From IMG/VR virus record IMGVR_UViG_3300025466_000001: a stretch of 64,000 nucleotides of DNA. One strand, 5' to 3'. The stretch is from an uncultured virus (IMG/VR IMGVR_UViG_3300025466_000001) (Duplodnaviria > Heunggongvirae > Uroviricota > Caudoviricetes). The translations under genes and the position numbers were made by a program. Shown in pieces: positions 21,601 to 30,188 of this stretch (its first letter is position 1; every line of letters starts with the position of its first letter). The notes under the pieces were generated by a model. The model saw nothing but the letters and a program-made list of their open reading frames with translations. It was not told where the DNA came from and made no database searches.

Positions 21601-22594
21601 TCTTGATGTTCTTTATAAAGCTTTTGCTGGCAAGATGCCGTTTAGCGACAAGCTAAAGATTAAAGAGAAGTTGCTCAAACGTGGCGCTATGATGGCTGGT
21701 ATGACAATGGCTTACACAGCGTTGATGTATGACGACGACTTGTACAAGAACGCTACCCCACAAGAAAGAATTGGTAATTGGTTTGTTAAGTTACCCGGTA
21801 TGGATGAGGCTGTTCGTGTCCCTATTCCATTTGAAATCGGCGGTATCTTTAAGATGCTTCCTGAGATGGTTTACTCTACCGCTTTCAAAGATAAGAAACT
21901 TGGTGACGCTGCTAAAGAAATTGCCGAGTATTCAGTTAATCAGTTTGTTCCATCTGTAATGCCAACGGTTGCTAAACCATTTATAGAATTGCCTGCTAAT
22001 TACTCATTCTTTACTGGCAAGCCAATAGAAGGCGCACGTTTACAGAAACTAGAACCCGGCATGCGTGCAAATGCTAACACCCCAGAAGTACTAAAAGCAC
22101 TTGGTGAAGCTACTAACATTTCCCCAGTTAAGATGGAGTATTTGCTACGTACATTCACAGGTTCGCTACCGCTGGCTATGTTGACTTTGGCTAATCCTGT
22201 AACTGCTGCTGGTGAAGCTCCTGAGGGTCGTGGTTTATTAAGTAGCACAACTCCTGTTGTTGGCGCTTTCTTCCAGCCTAAAGATGCTACCGGTCTAATT
22301 GAGAAAGCTTATGAGCAAATGGGTGACGTTCAAAAAGCTCAAGCTACTTATAGAGATTTGGTTGATAACGACAGAGAAAAAGAAGCCGATGCGTTCTTGG
22401 ATAAAGAAGCTGACTTGATTGGTATGGCACGATTTGCTGGACAGTTCAACAAAAAGATGGGAGAGTTGGCTAAGCAAGAACGTGAGATACGTTCCATGAC
22501 TGGCATTAGCGGAGCTGAGAAGCGCCAATTACTAGATGAAATACGTCAAACCCGTATCGAGATGTCTAAAGAGTTCCTTAGCGCACGCGAGTAA
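15683..22594 (+). CDS. Large polyvalent/ejection protein (2303 aa) with zincin-like HExxGH and LPD38-like C-terminus
   Basis: IAHEVTGH; PFLNAQIQG, RVPIPFEIG, ANYSFFTGKPIE motifs; long coiled coils. Confidence 0.7.
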   Translation: MDLDRLSLDDLKALRSNNLDGMSLEGLNYLKTQQKASVPAREEPKEDTGATGAFKSSLESIKGELGALAGKTGLMDQAEAEKYYKEQKEKAAALAPTEKSWTESPFQKLKETAAGSVPYMAAPLIAGGAAALGGAPALVGAGAAGIASGLQFTGSNLGRQMEEGKSLEEASLGKAAAAAIPQAALDVVGFKYIPGVQKIFSSIGRELTEQEALNIIKAGTLKTAGQYIAGGAKIGGIEGATEAGQQFFERLQAGLNLNDEQARKEYLDNFIGGAALGVVASPFGVHGTRADAQKVVQEAQAKRDVEAQKVAQEQEAQQEFQKQQAETGQVTGEAVPAAEQVSPLPNAPSTLTAAERLQQEEDAAKQQQEQTASALRQHQVLKNEVDTLQEQVAKAAEQGNVDAITTLSPRLQQMQAAYKTSQEAIKKISPVEQSPDVQMAELRGKLKQKIGQLQKAGGVTGDFEKINKVATEIKGIQTKIDDLSKAGTQFELFEPAKMEAEANQAKQQQAAQRQQEQQDLFAQLPQKEAPGPLDKYQEGLRELEEAHAAGADERAVNDIVEKIRHAQIEKGLKSAAPAEEANARVERVKRAIAEEQRNYANATTEEEKATAIASMGALQKRLAEAQTDKAKPQPEREQATAKADQATAHDTLLDAVDDLKAGRYLAGADPRTASSLRSGIEAKARDATAGYIEAATREVNAVRAANKQSELSTDEALKLAFDLKDTLDKVVANKNVGVLRVAPNQEVSYLEKQIDGIKNKYTQGAARNLTRVQPFFTSQERDATQMLKAEKAKKNPNLQKIRQLEKEVAAGKREDERIAAEKEKAELKEPEGVNPDQYSLFGEKQLEPIAAVRATHKNFMRFVDTQAAKFKEAQGKAEEKLAQIKEKADAAFEKQRAIEARSPVLDKEFMSQVQAQRQFVFDVINADKLVTELRGMAERIWQDKAHPERLAQIDALHAEANKIVEANIQTEKAILQSMERRLAKMEAPSKAALQNKAYADKARAIVAQMEGDLKKLSERQTAEKRKAETLAAERLAALPSKRLKTVVTERAKFGREAPTVARVITEKPAKTAAQKAEEGRAKAREAAEEQASLKRAQKERAGTSLTQDKDIRDVVQRQAMRTAEVLGNRPAKLAPKAKPSAAEKATAKANEKTAKQIADARRSEKEYAGEANVGFEDYMEISEGLKHGFSAREESAHGGEGLSHAEVQKVVDGVKLPEGLKLTVMEKLPEPIKAYIRERGYNPDTIRGFVTANGKVVVVANNHADLKDVEKTIAHEVTGHLGVEGILGKEGMAAFTAKVIKQEGGVMELARKLGVQDDAYGAYLAALRSGKTKEEAQAAAVSEMIAHTAEARPTKEFIGKAKEFIEALMGALRAGLRKMGIDLRINTNDVYKLLRDAREDFKVSPGASVEANGEVKFRSQPKYNSKFADLGADVSKVVAKNQTTKDKIKAAASGMKVPSDIMKPTGILSEKNRLAFRTRYIDRFAPVEKVANKLAEKFKDSLVGTQLMYYLRMHDQNLNWTAQIASGGPIDLVERKRADGKKETILESQDGASLLKVSQALKKADVGDADAANQLFTFYLAAKRAQRVGLDTLNFDKSVTQPMLDRVVNRINSDPQTKAAFEEAAKIYNDYNKGLVDFAVKTGRLSKEVGAKLLEAKDYVPFYRVRPDGSVMLDIGGATTVNIGNITDQPYLHELVGGDTAILDVFTSSLQNTRMLTDMALRNLATRNVAFSLRELGLLQKKKGRDGKEFGSGIYEGKGPANDSTIRFMLDGKDHYAVVDTDSIGIPADLLVKGMDGVQVSVPNLVKMAGIPARMLRSFITRNPAYAVRQISRDSLSNAFTTGADSIPIIDNMKQLGSMLRGVNEGELLLKKRGILGGQVIGGASDSMQKAMLQVIDGKPGWSKAMAYLDHVAMMGDASSRVTSYNSFIKQGLSDMEATLASLEAMNFSKRGTSPSFYLLNQMVPFLNAQIQGLDVLYKAFAGKMPFSDKLKIKEKLLKRGAMMAGMTMAYTALMYDDDLYKNATPQERIGNWFVKLPGMDEAVRVPIPFEIGGIFKMLPEMVYSTAFKDKKLGDAAKEIAEYSVNQFVPSVMPTVAKPFIELPANYSFFTGKPIEGARLQKLEPGMRANANTPEVLKALGEATNISPVKMEYLLRTFTGSLPLAMLTLANPVTAAGEAPEGRGLLSSTTPVVGAFFQPKDATGLIEKAYEQMGDVQKAQATYRDLVDNDREKEADAFLDKEADLIGMARFAGQFNKKMGELAKQEREIRSMTGISGAEKRQLLDEIRQTRIEMSKEFLSARE

Positions 22595-22772
22595 AAAGCA
22601 CGCCGATCTTACCTTGAACTACTCCGAACTCTGCTCGGGCTTGAACTTGGTGATATACGGCGGCTTTTAATCCTGCTTCTCTAGTTTCTTTTAGCTTTAA
22701 CGAAGGAATAAAGAACGACCCCCGAGCAGGGGTCGTAAGCCAAGGGTAGTGCACTCTAATCTTCCTGCTCAT
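22578..22772 (-). CDS. Small conserved phage protein
   Basis: YPW...GSFFIPSL motif; terminal gene of the - operon. Confidence 0.6.
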   Translation of the reverse strand: MSRKIRVHYPWLTTPARGSFFIPSLKLKETREAGLKAAVYHQVQARAEFGVVQGKIGVLFTRVR

Positions 22773-25623
22773 CTTCTTCGTCTATACGGCGGCTAATCTG
22801 CATCACGTTGACTCGCATGCTTGGACCTTTGGTCTTAGATAGCATGTTTTTCTTTTCTATGTAGCTAACCTTAAAGCCTTTTAGCATCTCCATTTGCTTC
22901 TTAAATGTGGAGTAACCAAAGCTCATAGATACGCAATGCGAACGCAAAAGTTGTTCTTCAATATAGTAGTCAATCCATCCGGGGTTTACATTCCGGTCAA
23001 CCCGCCCTGCAACTTGTGAGCGTGTAATAGATTGGTCAACAATACCGCCTTCTCCAAGCGTAGCCTCTAGCACACCATTGAAGTTTTTGACCACAATGAA
23101 CTTGCCGTAGTTCTCACGTGTGTAGGCATTAAGCACATCTTCCGCAGATTTCCTAGCGCCGAATACTACCAAACGAGCTCTATCAACCATTCCACGAAGG
23201 ACTTCAATGACAGGCTTAACAGGTATATCAATAAGATTGGAATACTTACTGCCAAGAAGAATGGTAACACTAACAACAGCAGCGTTTCCAGCACTCCAGT
23301 AGCGCTCATCATTCGTTGTACTGAACTCTTTCTTGAGCATCTCGTGTGTCTTCTTAAATACATCTTTAACAATCTCCTGATTCTGAACCATCCAAGATAT
23401 GAGCATATCGCCCACAACTCCGTAGTTGGTTTTGAGTTGGTCTAGGATTATAGATTCTGTGTCATTCCATTCCAGCTTAACAGTTGGGCACTCCTCCAAA
23501 ACACGAAGCATTTCAGCCTGAGAAGCGTGCTTACGCATACCGCCCAAGAAGTCAAACACGTGTGTATTAGAAGTTAGTAAGGCGGTGGATTTCCAGTTCA
23601 GTACGTTAAGGCGCTCTTTATTAGCGTTGCTTTCCATACGCTCCTTGCCTTTACCTTGTGATTGGTCTAGGAGGAATGTAGGAAGCCACTCAAAGTCGCC
23701 TCGGTTCTTAGCGGTAATCTCATCAGTTACTAATGGCAAGCTACCTAAGATGCCCTGACGTTGTTGCAAAGCTACCGCAGATGTTGCCTGACCCACACGA
23801 TACATACCGGGTTGACCAAAGAAACTCTCAGCAATAGATAGCGCCAATGATTTACCTGTGCCTGAATCGCTAGAACCCAAGTGGTAAGTCATGCCGTTAA
23901 AACCTGAGAACTCCATAAGCAACGATGCAGGCCCAACTAAACCCATTGTCAGGATGTTCCAGATTTCCCGCTTAATAAAAAGGTTAACAACGTCTTTCCA
24001 ACCATCAAGCGTTCCTGAGGGTTGTGTGTGCTGATTGACGTTTTCAAGTCCGGGTGTAGGAACAAATATTTTCTTTCCGGTTGGTGTATAGATATGACTG
24101 TTGTATACAAAGGTTTTATCCTCCTGCCATCCGCAGTTGTTTGGGACTTTAATTGCTTTCTTATTAGCACTAGCCTGTTCAACGCAAGCTCGCACATAAT
24201 CAGATAGGTTCTTATCATTGCCAGCGCCAAACGCTGCAATGATGTTTTGGTTTGCCAAAGCTTTAACTGTTTCATCTTTACTCACTACCGCACGTTGTGG
24301 AAGCAGAATATCAATCGCTCCTTCGGGGCGGCAAGCAACCATGTGTACAATGTGGTCGCCGTTGCGGTTCAATATATCTACCACGAACATGTCGTATGGC
24401 AGTAGCATGATCTGCTTCCGCGTTTTGTTTCCTTGAGAATCTTCCTCGGTCTTATCAACATAGATACCGCCATTCTGACCATAGCTATACCCTCTAGGTG
24501 GTACTGGCTTAGTAACAGTCGGCGCTTGAACTTCCTCAGCTTCTTCCATCGCCATACGTTCCATGACGATTTCTTTTTCTGTGTTGTCAGTCTTAAGTTC
24601 TCTGCCCCATACTAACGGATTAGTAATCTTGCCAAAGTGCGGACAGCTTGTGCAAACTCCGGGGTTTACTTCATCTAGCTTCAAGCATGGGCTTGGGCCC
24701 TTAGTACTGTTCCACTTAGTTTGAATCCGGTCTGCGTCATACGGGTGCATAGCGCCGAGCTTGTTAGCCCACTCAAAACCATCATCACATTTCTTAGCCC
24801 AAGAGACTATGTTGAAGAACAAAGGCTCCATGCCATCATCAGCCGCATGCTTTTTGTAGTGCTCGAGCTGGGCGCACTGTTTTGTTTCGTCTATGTTTTT
24901 GAAGAAAGTGCTTGAATTTTCAAGAAGCTTGACACTGGTTGCCCCTGTTTCTTTAGGACGAGAGCCGGGGATTTGTAAAGTAAGCGCAGAAGTTTCTTCA
25001 TACGTTACAGTCAAAAGGTCTTTAAGGATAGCATTGATTTTATCTAACTCAAATACGTTACCCTCGACTTTGATAGATACTGAACGTGGCTTGTCTTTCT
25101 TGTAGTTGTTGGTATCCGGCACACGCAATACTCTTGACGCATCGCCAGTTACACCGAAGTCTATATTGAAGCCCTTCTGCTTGCAGAGTCGTTTAAGATT
25201 CTCAGCAACAGGTTTCCAAACGGCAATGTCTACTTCTTCAGTAAGAGGCCAGTAAACGTGTAGCCCCCCACCGCTAGATAGAACGTATGGGGTTCCAAGG
25301 CTATCCAACGATGTTTCGGACAAAAAGCTACCCAATGCCGCCGCAGCCGCCTGTTTACTATCATAGTCTTTTCCATCACCACAATCAATATCTAAAAACA
25401 ACGAGCGCATCTTGACAGCGTTCTTAGAAAGTCTACTAGATTCTCCAAATGACGCTAATGCAAAGTACGCATCTAAGCCTCGCTGACTAAAATCAACGGC
25501 GACTTTATATAGGCTGTCAATGTCATCGACAAAGACATGTTCTTTCTTGTCTGTGCTTAGTTCGCAGGCGCAATATTTACCCGAAGACGGAAGCACAGTC
25601 GCTAGGAATTCCTGCGACTTCAT
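22756..25623 (-). CDS. Primase-helicase (AEP-like N-terminus, Zn finger, DUF927-like domain, P-loop)
   Basis: LFLDIDCG, SGGGLHVYW, RVLRVP; CxxC; Walker A GSSDSGTGKS; LVTDE. Confidence 0.85.
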   Translation of the reverse strand: MKSQEFLATVLPSSGKYCACELSTDKKEHVFVDDIDSLYKVAVDFSQRGLDAYFALASFGESSRLSKNAVKMRSLFLDIDCGDGKDYDSKQAAAAALGSFLSETSLDSLGTPYVLSSGGGLHVYWPLTEEVDIAVWKPVAENLKRLCKQKGFNIDFGVTGDASRVLRVPDTNNYKKDKPRSVSIKVEGNVFELDKINAILKDLLTVTYEETSALTLQIPGSRPKETGATSVKLLENSSTFFKNIDETKQCAQLEHYKKHAADDGMEPLFFNIVSWAKKCDDGFEWANKLGAMHPYDADRIQTKWNSTKGPSPCLKLDEVNPGVCTSCPHFGKITNPLVWGRELKTDNTEKEIVMERMAMEEAEEVQAPTVTKPVPPRGYSYGQNGGIYVDKTEEDSQGNKTRKQIMLLPYDMFVVDILNRNGDHIVHMVACRPEGAIDILLPQRAVVSKDETVKALANQNIIAAFGAGNDKNLSDYVRACVEQASANKKAIKVPNNCGWQEDKTFVYNSHIYTPTGKKIFVPTPGLENVNQHTQPSGTLDGWKDVVNLFIKREIWNILTMGLVGPASLLMEFSGFNGMTYHLGSSDSGTGKSLALSIAESFFGQPGMYRVGQATSAVALQQRQGILGSLPLVTDEITAKNRGDFEWLPTFLLDQSQGKGKERMESNANKERLNVLNWKSTALLTSNTHVFDFLGGMRKHASQAEMLRVLEECPTVKLEWNDTESIILDQLKTNYGVVGDMLISWMVQNQEIVKDVFKKTHEMLKKEFSTTNDERYWSAGNAAVVSVTILLGSKYSNLIDIPVKPVIEVLRGMVDRARLVVFGARKSAEDVLNAYTRENYGKFIVVKNFNGVLEATLGEGGIVDQSITRSQVAGRVDRNVNPGWIDYYIEEQLLRSHCVSMSFGYSTFKKQMEMLKGFKVSYIEKKNMLSKTKGPSMRVNVMQISRRIDEEDEQED

Positions 25624-25637
25624 AGTAACCCCTTAAA

Positions 25638-25793
25638 TTAGTTAACTCGTTTGTATAATCTATCTACAATCTCTTGCTGAAACGACTCCGGCATGCTAGT
25701 ACCTAGCAATAAAAAGCGCTCAGCAAAGTTAACTAATTCCTTGTCGGTTAGTATGCGTGGGTTAATTGATGATGTTACTTGTTCTTGTTGCAT
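25638..25793 (-). CDS. Small hypothetical protein (51 aa; not in the ORF track)
   Basis: MQQEQVTSSINPRILTDKELVNFAE...; fills the operon gap; GGAGG upstream. Confidence 0.6.
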   Translation of the reverse strand: MQQEQVTSSINPRILTDKELVNFAERFLLLGTSMPESFQQEIVDRLYKRVN

Positions 25794-26041
25794 TTTCTCA
25801 TTGCCTCCTCTGCGGTACTGCTTGATTGTAGGATGGCCAGTAAATTCTCTACACTTCTGCGGTATGCTGGCGATACTTCTGAACCACCAAACCAGTTATA
25901 AATAGACTGACGTGTTGCTCCGGTGTACTCGGATATTTTTATTACTGGGAAGTCTAGCTTAACAGCCCATCTTCCTAATAGGTTTCCCAAACTCTTGGGA
26001 GCCTTTGATGTTTCTGCGATTATCTTGTCTGAATACGGCAT
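25775..26041 (-). CDS. Cro-like HTH regulator
   Basis: ISEYTGATRQSIYNWFGG helix-turn-helix. Confidence 0.75.
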   Translation of the reverse strand: MPYSDKIIAETSKAPKSLGNLLGRWAVKLDFPVIKISEYTGATRQSIYNWFGGSEVSPAYRRSVENLLAILQSSSTAEEAMRKCNKNK

Positions 26042-26135
26042 TTATTATTCTCGTTAGTTGAAGGTGGGGGGCAGTCTTTTTAGTCTGAAATCTCTGCGAG
26101 CCATAGAGCTGAATAGTGTCAGCCCCCCAAAACTA

Positions 26136-27026
26136 TTACTCGTCGTCTGTTTCCCACTCGCCAATAACTTCAGCTAGTTTGCCAGCTTTCTTAGCTGGAA
26201 CAGCGTTTGGTTTAGCGGCTGGTTTACGGACTTCGGGTTCATCAACTTCGTCGCTAGCCGCTTCTACTTTAGCGGTTGGCTTCTTACCTTCGAGAGCTAA
26301 TGGCTCGTCTTTCTTCTTAGCAACACTCATGGTGATGGCTTGCTTAGCTTCGGCAGACTGACCTTTTTTAGCGCAGATTGCATACTCTTCATCGGACAAC
26401 CAACGCATAGGTTGGAAGAACAACTTGGGTACTGCGGCTTTAGTATCGAAACGCATACGAGTAACAAGGGTCTCAGGGTTAATGCTTTGAGCCGCCAAGT
26501 AACGGGCATACGCTTGGAGTGGGCGCTTGTCACCATCCTCTTTACCGAAGATAGAAGTAGCCGCTAGGGTTAATTGCATAACGTCGCCTTCCATATCGTT
26601 AGCCAAAACAACTGCTAAGCGCTGGCTAAAGCGGCAAGCACGTGAATCACCAAGACCTGAGCCTTTGGCATTTTGTGGGCAGTTAGCGCATGATGGTGCT
26701 TGAGGTGTATCAATGCTTGCATCAGGTGTATCGCCGTCAGCAGACCAGCAAGTAGGTGCTGAGTTAGCGCCTTCCTCGTAAGTGCCAGCATAGTATGTAC
26801 GGCTAATCTTTGGGGCAGCTTGAACAATAACTACGTCAAGGTGGCGGTCATCAATAGCCGCAACTTCTTTACCACCAGCGATCAAGCGGAACACACCGCC
26901 CTTAGTTGAGATACGTTTTTGTGAAACTCCTACACCACCAGCCAAACTCTTGGCTAATGAAGATAGTTCTGCGCTCTTAGCAAACGCTGGTAGTTTCGAT
27001 GGGTTAAATGTTGTGAGTTCAGACAT
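26136..27026 (-). CDS. Putative ssDNA-binding/annealing protein
   Basis: CWS..G, CxxC, RAC motifs; acidic tail; replication module. Confidence 0.55.
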   Translation of the reverse strand: MSELTTFNPSKLPAFAKSAELSSLAKSLAGGVGVSQKRISTKGGVFRLIAGGKEVAAIDDRHLDVVIVQAAPKISRTYYAGTYEEGANSAPTCWSADGDTPDASIDTPQAPSCANCPQNAKGSGLGDSRACRFSQRLAVVLANDMEGDVMQLTLAATSIFGKEDGDKRPLQAYARYLAAQSINPETLVTRMRFDTKAAVPKLFFQPMRWLSDEEYAICAKKGQSAEAKQAITMSVAKKKDEPLALEGKKPTAKVEAASDEVDEPEVRKPAAKPNAVPAKKAGKLAEVIGEWETDDE

Positions 27027-27267
27027 TTGTTACTTCTCCTTTTTTAAGAAATTCTAAGAATACTTTTGCTGTTTCTGCGATTGCTATTGGCGCTGTGTCA
27101 GGATTGCTTGCGTTAACTGCCGCACCCAAAGCTTGTACTCGCATTTGGATTTCAATCTGCACGTTGTTCTGCGCATCTTGATAGGCTTGTTGTTGTGCTT
27201 GTTTTAAAGCCGCATTTAAAACTGCTTGCGCTTCTTGTTCGGGTGTTGCTGGCTGAGCTTCGCTCAT
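27019..27267 (-). CDS. Hypothetical protein
   Basis: AGGAG RBS; 82-aa ORF. Confidence 0.65.
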   Translation of the reverse strand: MSEAQPATPEQEAQAVLNAALKQAQQQAYQDAQNNVQIEIQMRVQALGAAVNASNPDTAPIAIAETAKVFLEFLKKGEVTNV

Positions 27268-27275
27268 AGTTTCTC

Positions 27276-27686
27276 CTACTTAGTTGGTTTACGTACTGTT
27301 ACTGCAAAATCTTGTAAAGAGTTTAACCCTGCTGGAACTAACCCCGGGTTTTCCTCTAGGAACAAGGCCATGTTCTTTTGCGATATACGCTTCTCGAACA
27401 AATCTAAGGCATCGTTATCTACAACAAATGTCTTGAAGGAATCCCAGTCATCTGTATAGTAGCGAGTCTTTTGCGACAAGATAATTGTGCCTTCATCAGT
27501 CTTAACTGAGTTCGTGCCGAGCGCTACCATTTGGTCTTTCATAGCGTTCTTCAATTCGTCTTGTTGCGCTTTGAGCTTTTCTACTTCACTTTCATATTCA
27601 CGAGTTAGCTCTTGAACTCTTGAGTATATCTTGCGGTAAATCCTAGCTAGCTTATCTAGCGGTACTACTTCATTTTCATCAGACAT
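27276..27686 (-). CDS. Conserved coiled-coil replication-region protein (likely start MSDENE)
   Basis: AAGGAG RBS at the revised start; DWDSF..F...DLFEKRI motif. Confidence 0.65.
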   Translation of the reverse strand: MSDENEVVPLDKLARIYRKIYSRVQELTREYESEVEKLKAQQDELKNAMKDQMVALGTNSVKTDEGTIILSQKTRYYTDDWDSFKTFVVDNDALDLFEKRISQKNMALFLEENPGLVPAGLNSLQDFAVTVRKPTK

Positions 27687-27709
27687 TTGATTTCTCCTTT
27701 CAACGTCTA

Positions 27710-27746
27710 TGTCAAATACTTTACACCAATAGGGGTGACAAATCAA
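27710..27746 (-). promoter_or_regulatory. Sigma70-like promoter with overlapping TGTCAAA-type operator
   Basis: TTGATT-17-TAAAGT on -; TGTCAAATACTTTACA at 27710-27725. Confidence 0.5.
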
Positions 27747-27764
27747 CCCAAACTAGGGTTTTCC

Positions 27765-29324
27765 TTACTGGTTTATTTCTTCTTTATACAAGCTTAACAG
27801 AATATCGTGTCCTCGTACCCGCTTTTCTAATTGGGCAAACATCTTCTTTTCTATCTCGCTACCTTGCAAGTGTATCACAGTCACTTTAGTGGAATCTTGT
27901 CCGATTCGGTCGGCTCGTGCAATACATTGTAGATACGTTTCTACTGACATAACAGGCCCATAGAACACCACAGTATCAGCCGCAGTAAGCGTTACACCAT
28001 GAGATGCAGACTGAGGTTGGACTACTAGGATACGTGGCTCAGGGAGCGTTTGGAAGCGTTTAAAAATGTCAGTTCTTTTGGACACCGACACATCCCCATG
28101 AATCACTTCGGATGCCACATTGTGTTTCAGTAAGTGGTTATGGATAGTATCAATGCTATGCCTGAATGGGGCAAACACAATCACTTTCCTATTTGTTTCT
28201 TCTAGTACTTCCAGTAGTACCGACAAGCGTGGGGCACAATCAAACTCAACAACTTCATGCTCATCTGTGTATGCCGCACCAGCCGATACTTGTAGCAACT
28301 TTGATACACCAGCCGCCGCATTAACTGCGGTAATAGTTTCACCAGCCGCTTGCATAACCATCTTGTCTTTCAGTAAGCGGTAGTATTTGGTCTGCTGTGG
28401 GGTAAGGGGTATCTCACGTGTTTCTGTAAGTACTGGCGGTAAGTCGGTACATTCTTCTTTGGTGAACCTAATCGCAGGTTGTAATGCGTCAAACACCGCT
28501 TCAGCCGCCCCTTGTTTTGGAACCCATTTGAACTGGGTCAGCTTATTCATAACCTTATCTCGCCATGCAGTAGCAAACTTAGGTACTCCGCTAGGGTTCA
28601 CCAGCTTAGCCAAACCATAGGCATCCACAGGCGATTGAGAAGCTGGTGTGCCTGTCATCATCCATAGAAGGGTATGTGGGGTTAGGATTTTATTTAAGGA
28701 CTTCCAGCGCCTTGTAGATGGGTTCTTGTAGGCATTGGCTTCATCCACAATAACTAGGTCAAACTTGCCATTAGCTACCACCTCATCAGCTACTAGGTTT
28801 AGTCCATCATAGTTAACTACTACAAACTCATAGTTACCTTGTACCATCTCAATACGTCGGGTGGCTTGGCTATGGTGGGCTACGATAACTGAGCGGTGAA
28901 TAATACTCTTGCCTATGCCGTTCATCCAAGCGTCGTGCATGATTGATAGAGGGCATAGGATTAAACAACGACGAACTTTCCCTAACTTCATAAGGTAGTC
29001 AGCCGCCCATAATGCACTAAGGGTTTTCCCTGTACCGGGGTCGTTAAACACAAAGGCTCTTGGATGTAGCGTTAAGAACTCTGCGGTTTCAACTTGATGC
29101 TCGAACGGCTTATACATACCCGGCCAGCTATACTTAGCGCGGATGGGTGAAGGCACATTCTTAACACCTAGATTGCGGAGCACACGCACTTCGTCTAAGC
29201 CCCATTTCACAGCGACTTTAGATACTCCGTTCTGCTCACCTACGATAGCGTGTTTAGGAATGACTGCGTACTTCTCGGGGTTGCGGGTGGTAAACACCAG
29301 CGCTTTATTATCTACGATTTGCAT
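27765..29324 (-). CDS. SNF2-like SF2 helicase
   Basis: DPGTGKT, VIVDEAN, MTGTP, QCIARADRIGQ. Confidence 0.9.
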   Translation of the reverse strand: MQIVDNKALVFTTRNPEKYAVIPKHAIVGEQNGVSKVAVKWGLDEVRVLRNLGVKNVPSPIRAKYSWPGMYKPFEHQVETAEFLTLHPRAFVFNDPGTGKTLSALWAADYLMKLGKVRRCLILCPLSIMHDAWMNGIGKSIIHRSVIVAHHSQATRRIEMVQGNYEFVVVNYDGLNLVADEVVANGKFDLVIVDEANAYKNPSTRRWKSLNKILTPHTLLWMMTGTPASQSPVDAYGLAKLVNPSGVPKFATAWRDKVMNKLTQFKWVPKQGAAEAVFDALQPAIRFTKEECTDLPPVLTETREIPLTPQQTKYYRLLKDKMVMQAAGETITAVNAAAGVSKLLQVSAGAAYTDEHEVVEFDCAPRLSVLLEVLEETNRKVIVFAPFRHSIDTIHNHLLKHNVASEVIHGDVSVSKRTDIFKRFQTLPEPRILVVQPQSASHGVTLTAADTVVFYGPVMSVETYLQCIARADRIGQDSTKVTVIHLQGSEIEKKMFAQLEKRVRGHDILLSLYKEEINQ

Positions 29325-29662
29325 TTGTATTGATCCATTTGTTTATCGTGTTCCACTAAGCCAGCCCAAAATAATCTGTTACCTATTTCCCAAGTTAGAC
29401 TGTCTTGCTCCACTAGTTCGCTTGCGTTTATCCATCCATCACCGTACTTCATAATCCATAGATTTCTACAAGTCTCTATCGGCAAGTCTTTAGCTTCAGT
29501 TACGTATTCGTGCGCATCTACTTTTTTCTTAGGCATTAGCGGTGACCCCCACTTTCTATCTGTCCTATATTCAGAGCCATACTTTTTATTTTCTTCTTCA
29601 ATAGCGTGACCAAAAATACTACGGGCATCAGTCCACCCTTCAGCGTAACGTTCATGCCGCAT
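29312..29662 (-). CDS. Hypothetical protein (paralogue of 29652-29924)
   Basis: W..KYG..W...RL...LVEH motif. Confidence 0.6.
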   Translation of the reverse strand: MRHERYAEGWTDARSIFGHAIEEENKKYGSEYRTDRKWGSPLMPKKKVDAHEYVTEAKDLPIETCRNLWIMKYGDGWINASELVEQDSLTWEIGNRLFWAGLVEHDKQMDQYKCKS

Positions 29663-29924
29663 GATTTTTTAGTCTATATACCAGACCGCTATTCCCATCT
29701 GGGGCGGTGACAATTCTATGATGTTCGACTAACTCTTGATTAGATAAGCGTAGTAGTGCTGCTTTCCAAAAGTCGTCAGTAAACTCCTCGGCTGGAACCC
29801 ATTCGTTACCATACTTAACTTGCCACATAGCCTCAACTACATGGAGTGGGGTATCAAAGGTGTTGTCATAGGGAGCAGTCAGCACCCTACCAAAGTCTTC
29901 GAATAAACTTTTTAGTAGTTCCAT
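29652..29924 (-). CDS. Hypothetical protein (paralogue of 29312-29662)
   Basis: Strong RBS; same motif. Confidence 0.7.
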   Translation of the reverse strand: MELLKSLFEDFGRVLTAPYDNTFDTPLHVVEAMWQVKYGNEWVPAEEFTDDFWKAALLRLSNQELVEHHRIVTAPDGNSGLVYRLKNHAA

Positions 29925-29948
29925 ATTTTCCTTTCGTTGTTGCCAGTA

Positions 29949-30188
29949 TTATTTTTTGTTGTCTGACATATTAGCTTTGGGAGATCGCAGTCTTAAGTTG
30001 CCGCTTGTTGATTTCCCACCTGACTTTAGGGGCTTCACGTGGTCTATGTGTTTGCCCTTGCGGTCGATACCTTCTTTGTCATACTTACGTCTTGCACGCT
30101 GGCGCTCGAGTTGGTCTTCGGTTTCACCAGTTGCTTTCTGTAACTTGTATGCGTGTTTGTAATCACGCTTGCCGTTTTTCTGTGTCAT
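29949..30188 (-). CDS. Small HNH protein
   Basis: HIDHVKPLKSGG...NLRLRSPKAN. Confidence 0.8.
   Translation of the reverse strand: MTQKNGKRDYKHAYKLQKATGETEDQLERQRARRKYDKEGIDRKGKHIDHVKPLKSGGKSTSGNLRLRSPKANMSDNKK

Noticed and set aside
22715..22736. Hairpin ACGACCCC/GGGGTCGT as the convergent terminator
   Set aside because: Inside a plausible CDS and no clear adjacent U-tract; not called
26065..26129. Hammerhead ribozyme or tRNA
   Set aside because: Lacks the CUGAnGA...GAAA core arrangement and a T-loop/cloverleaf
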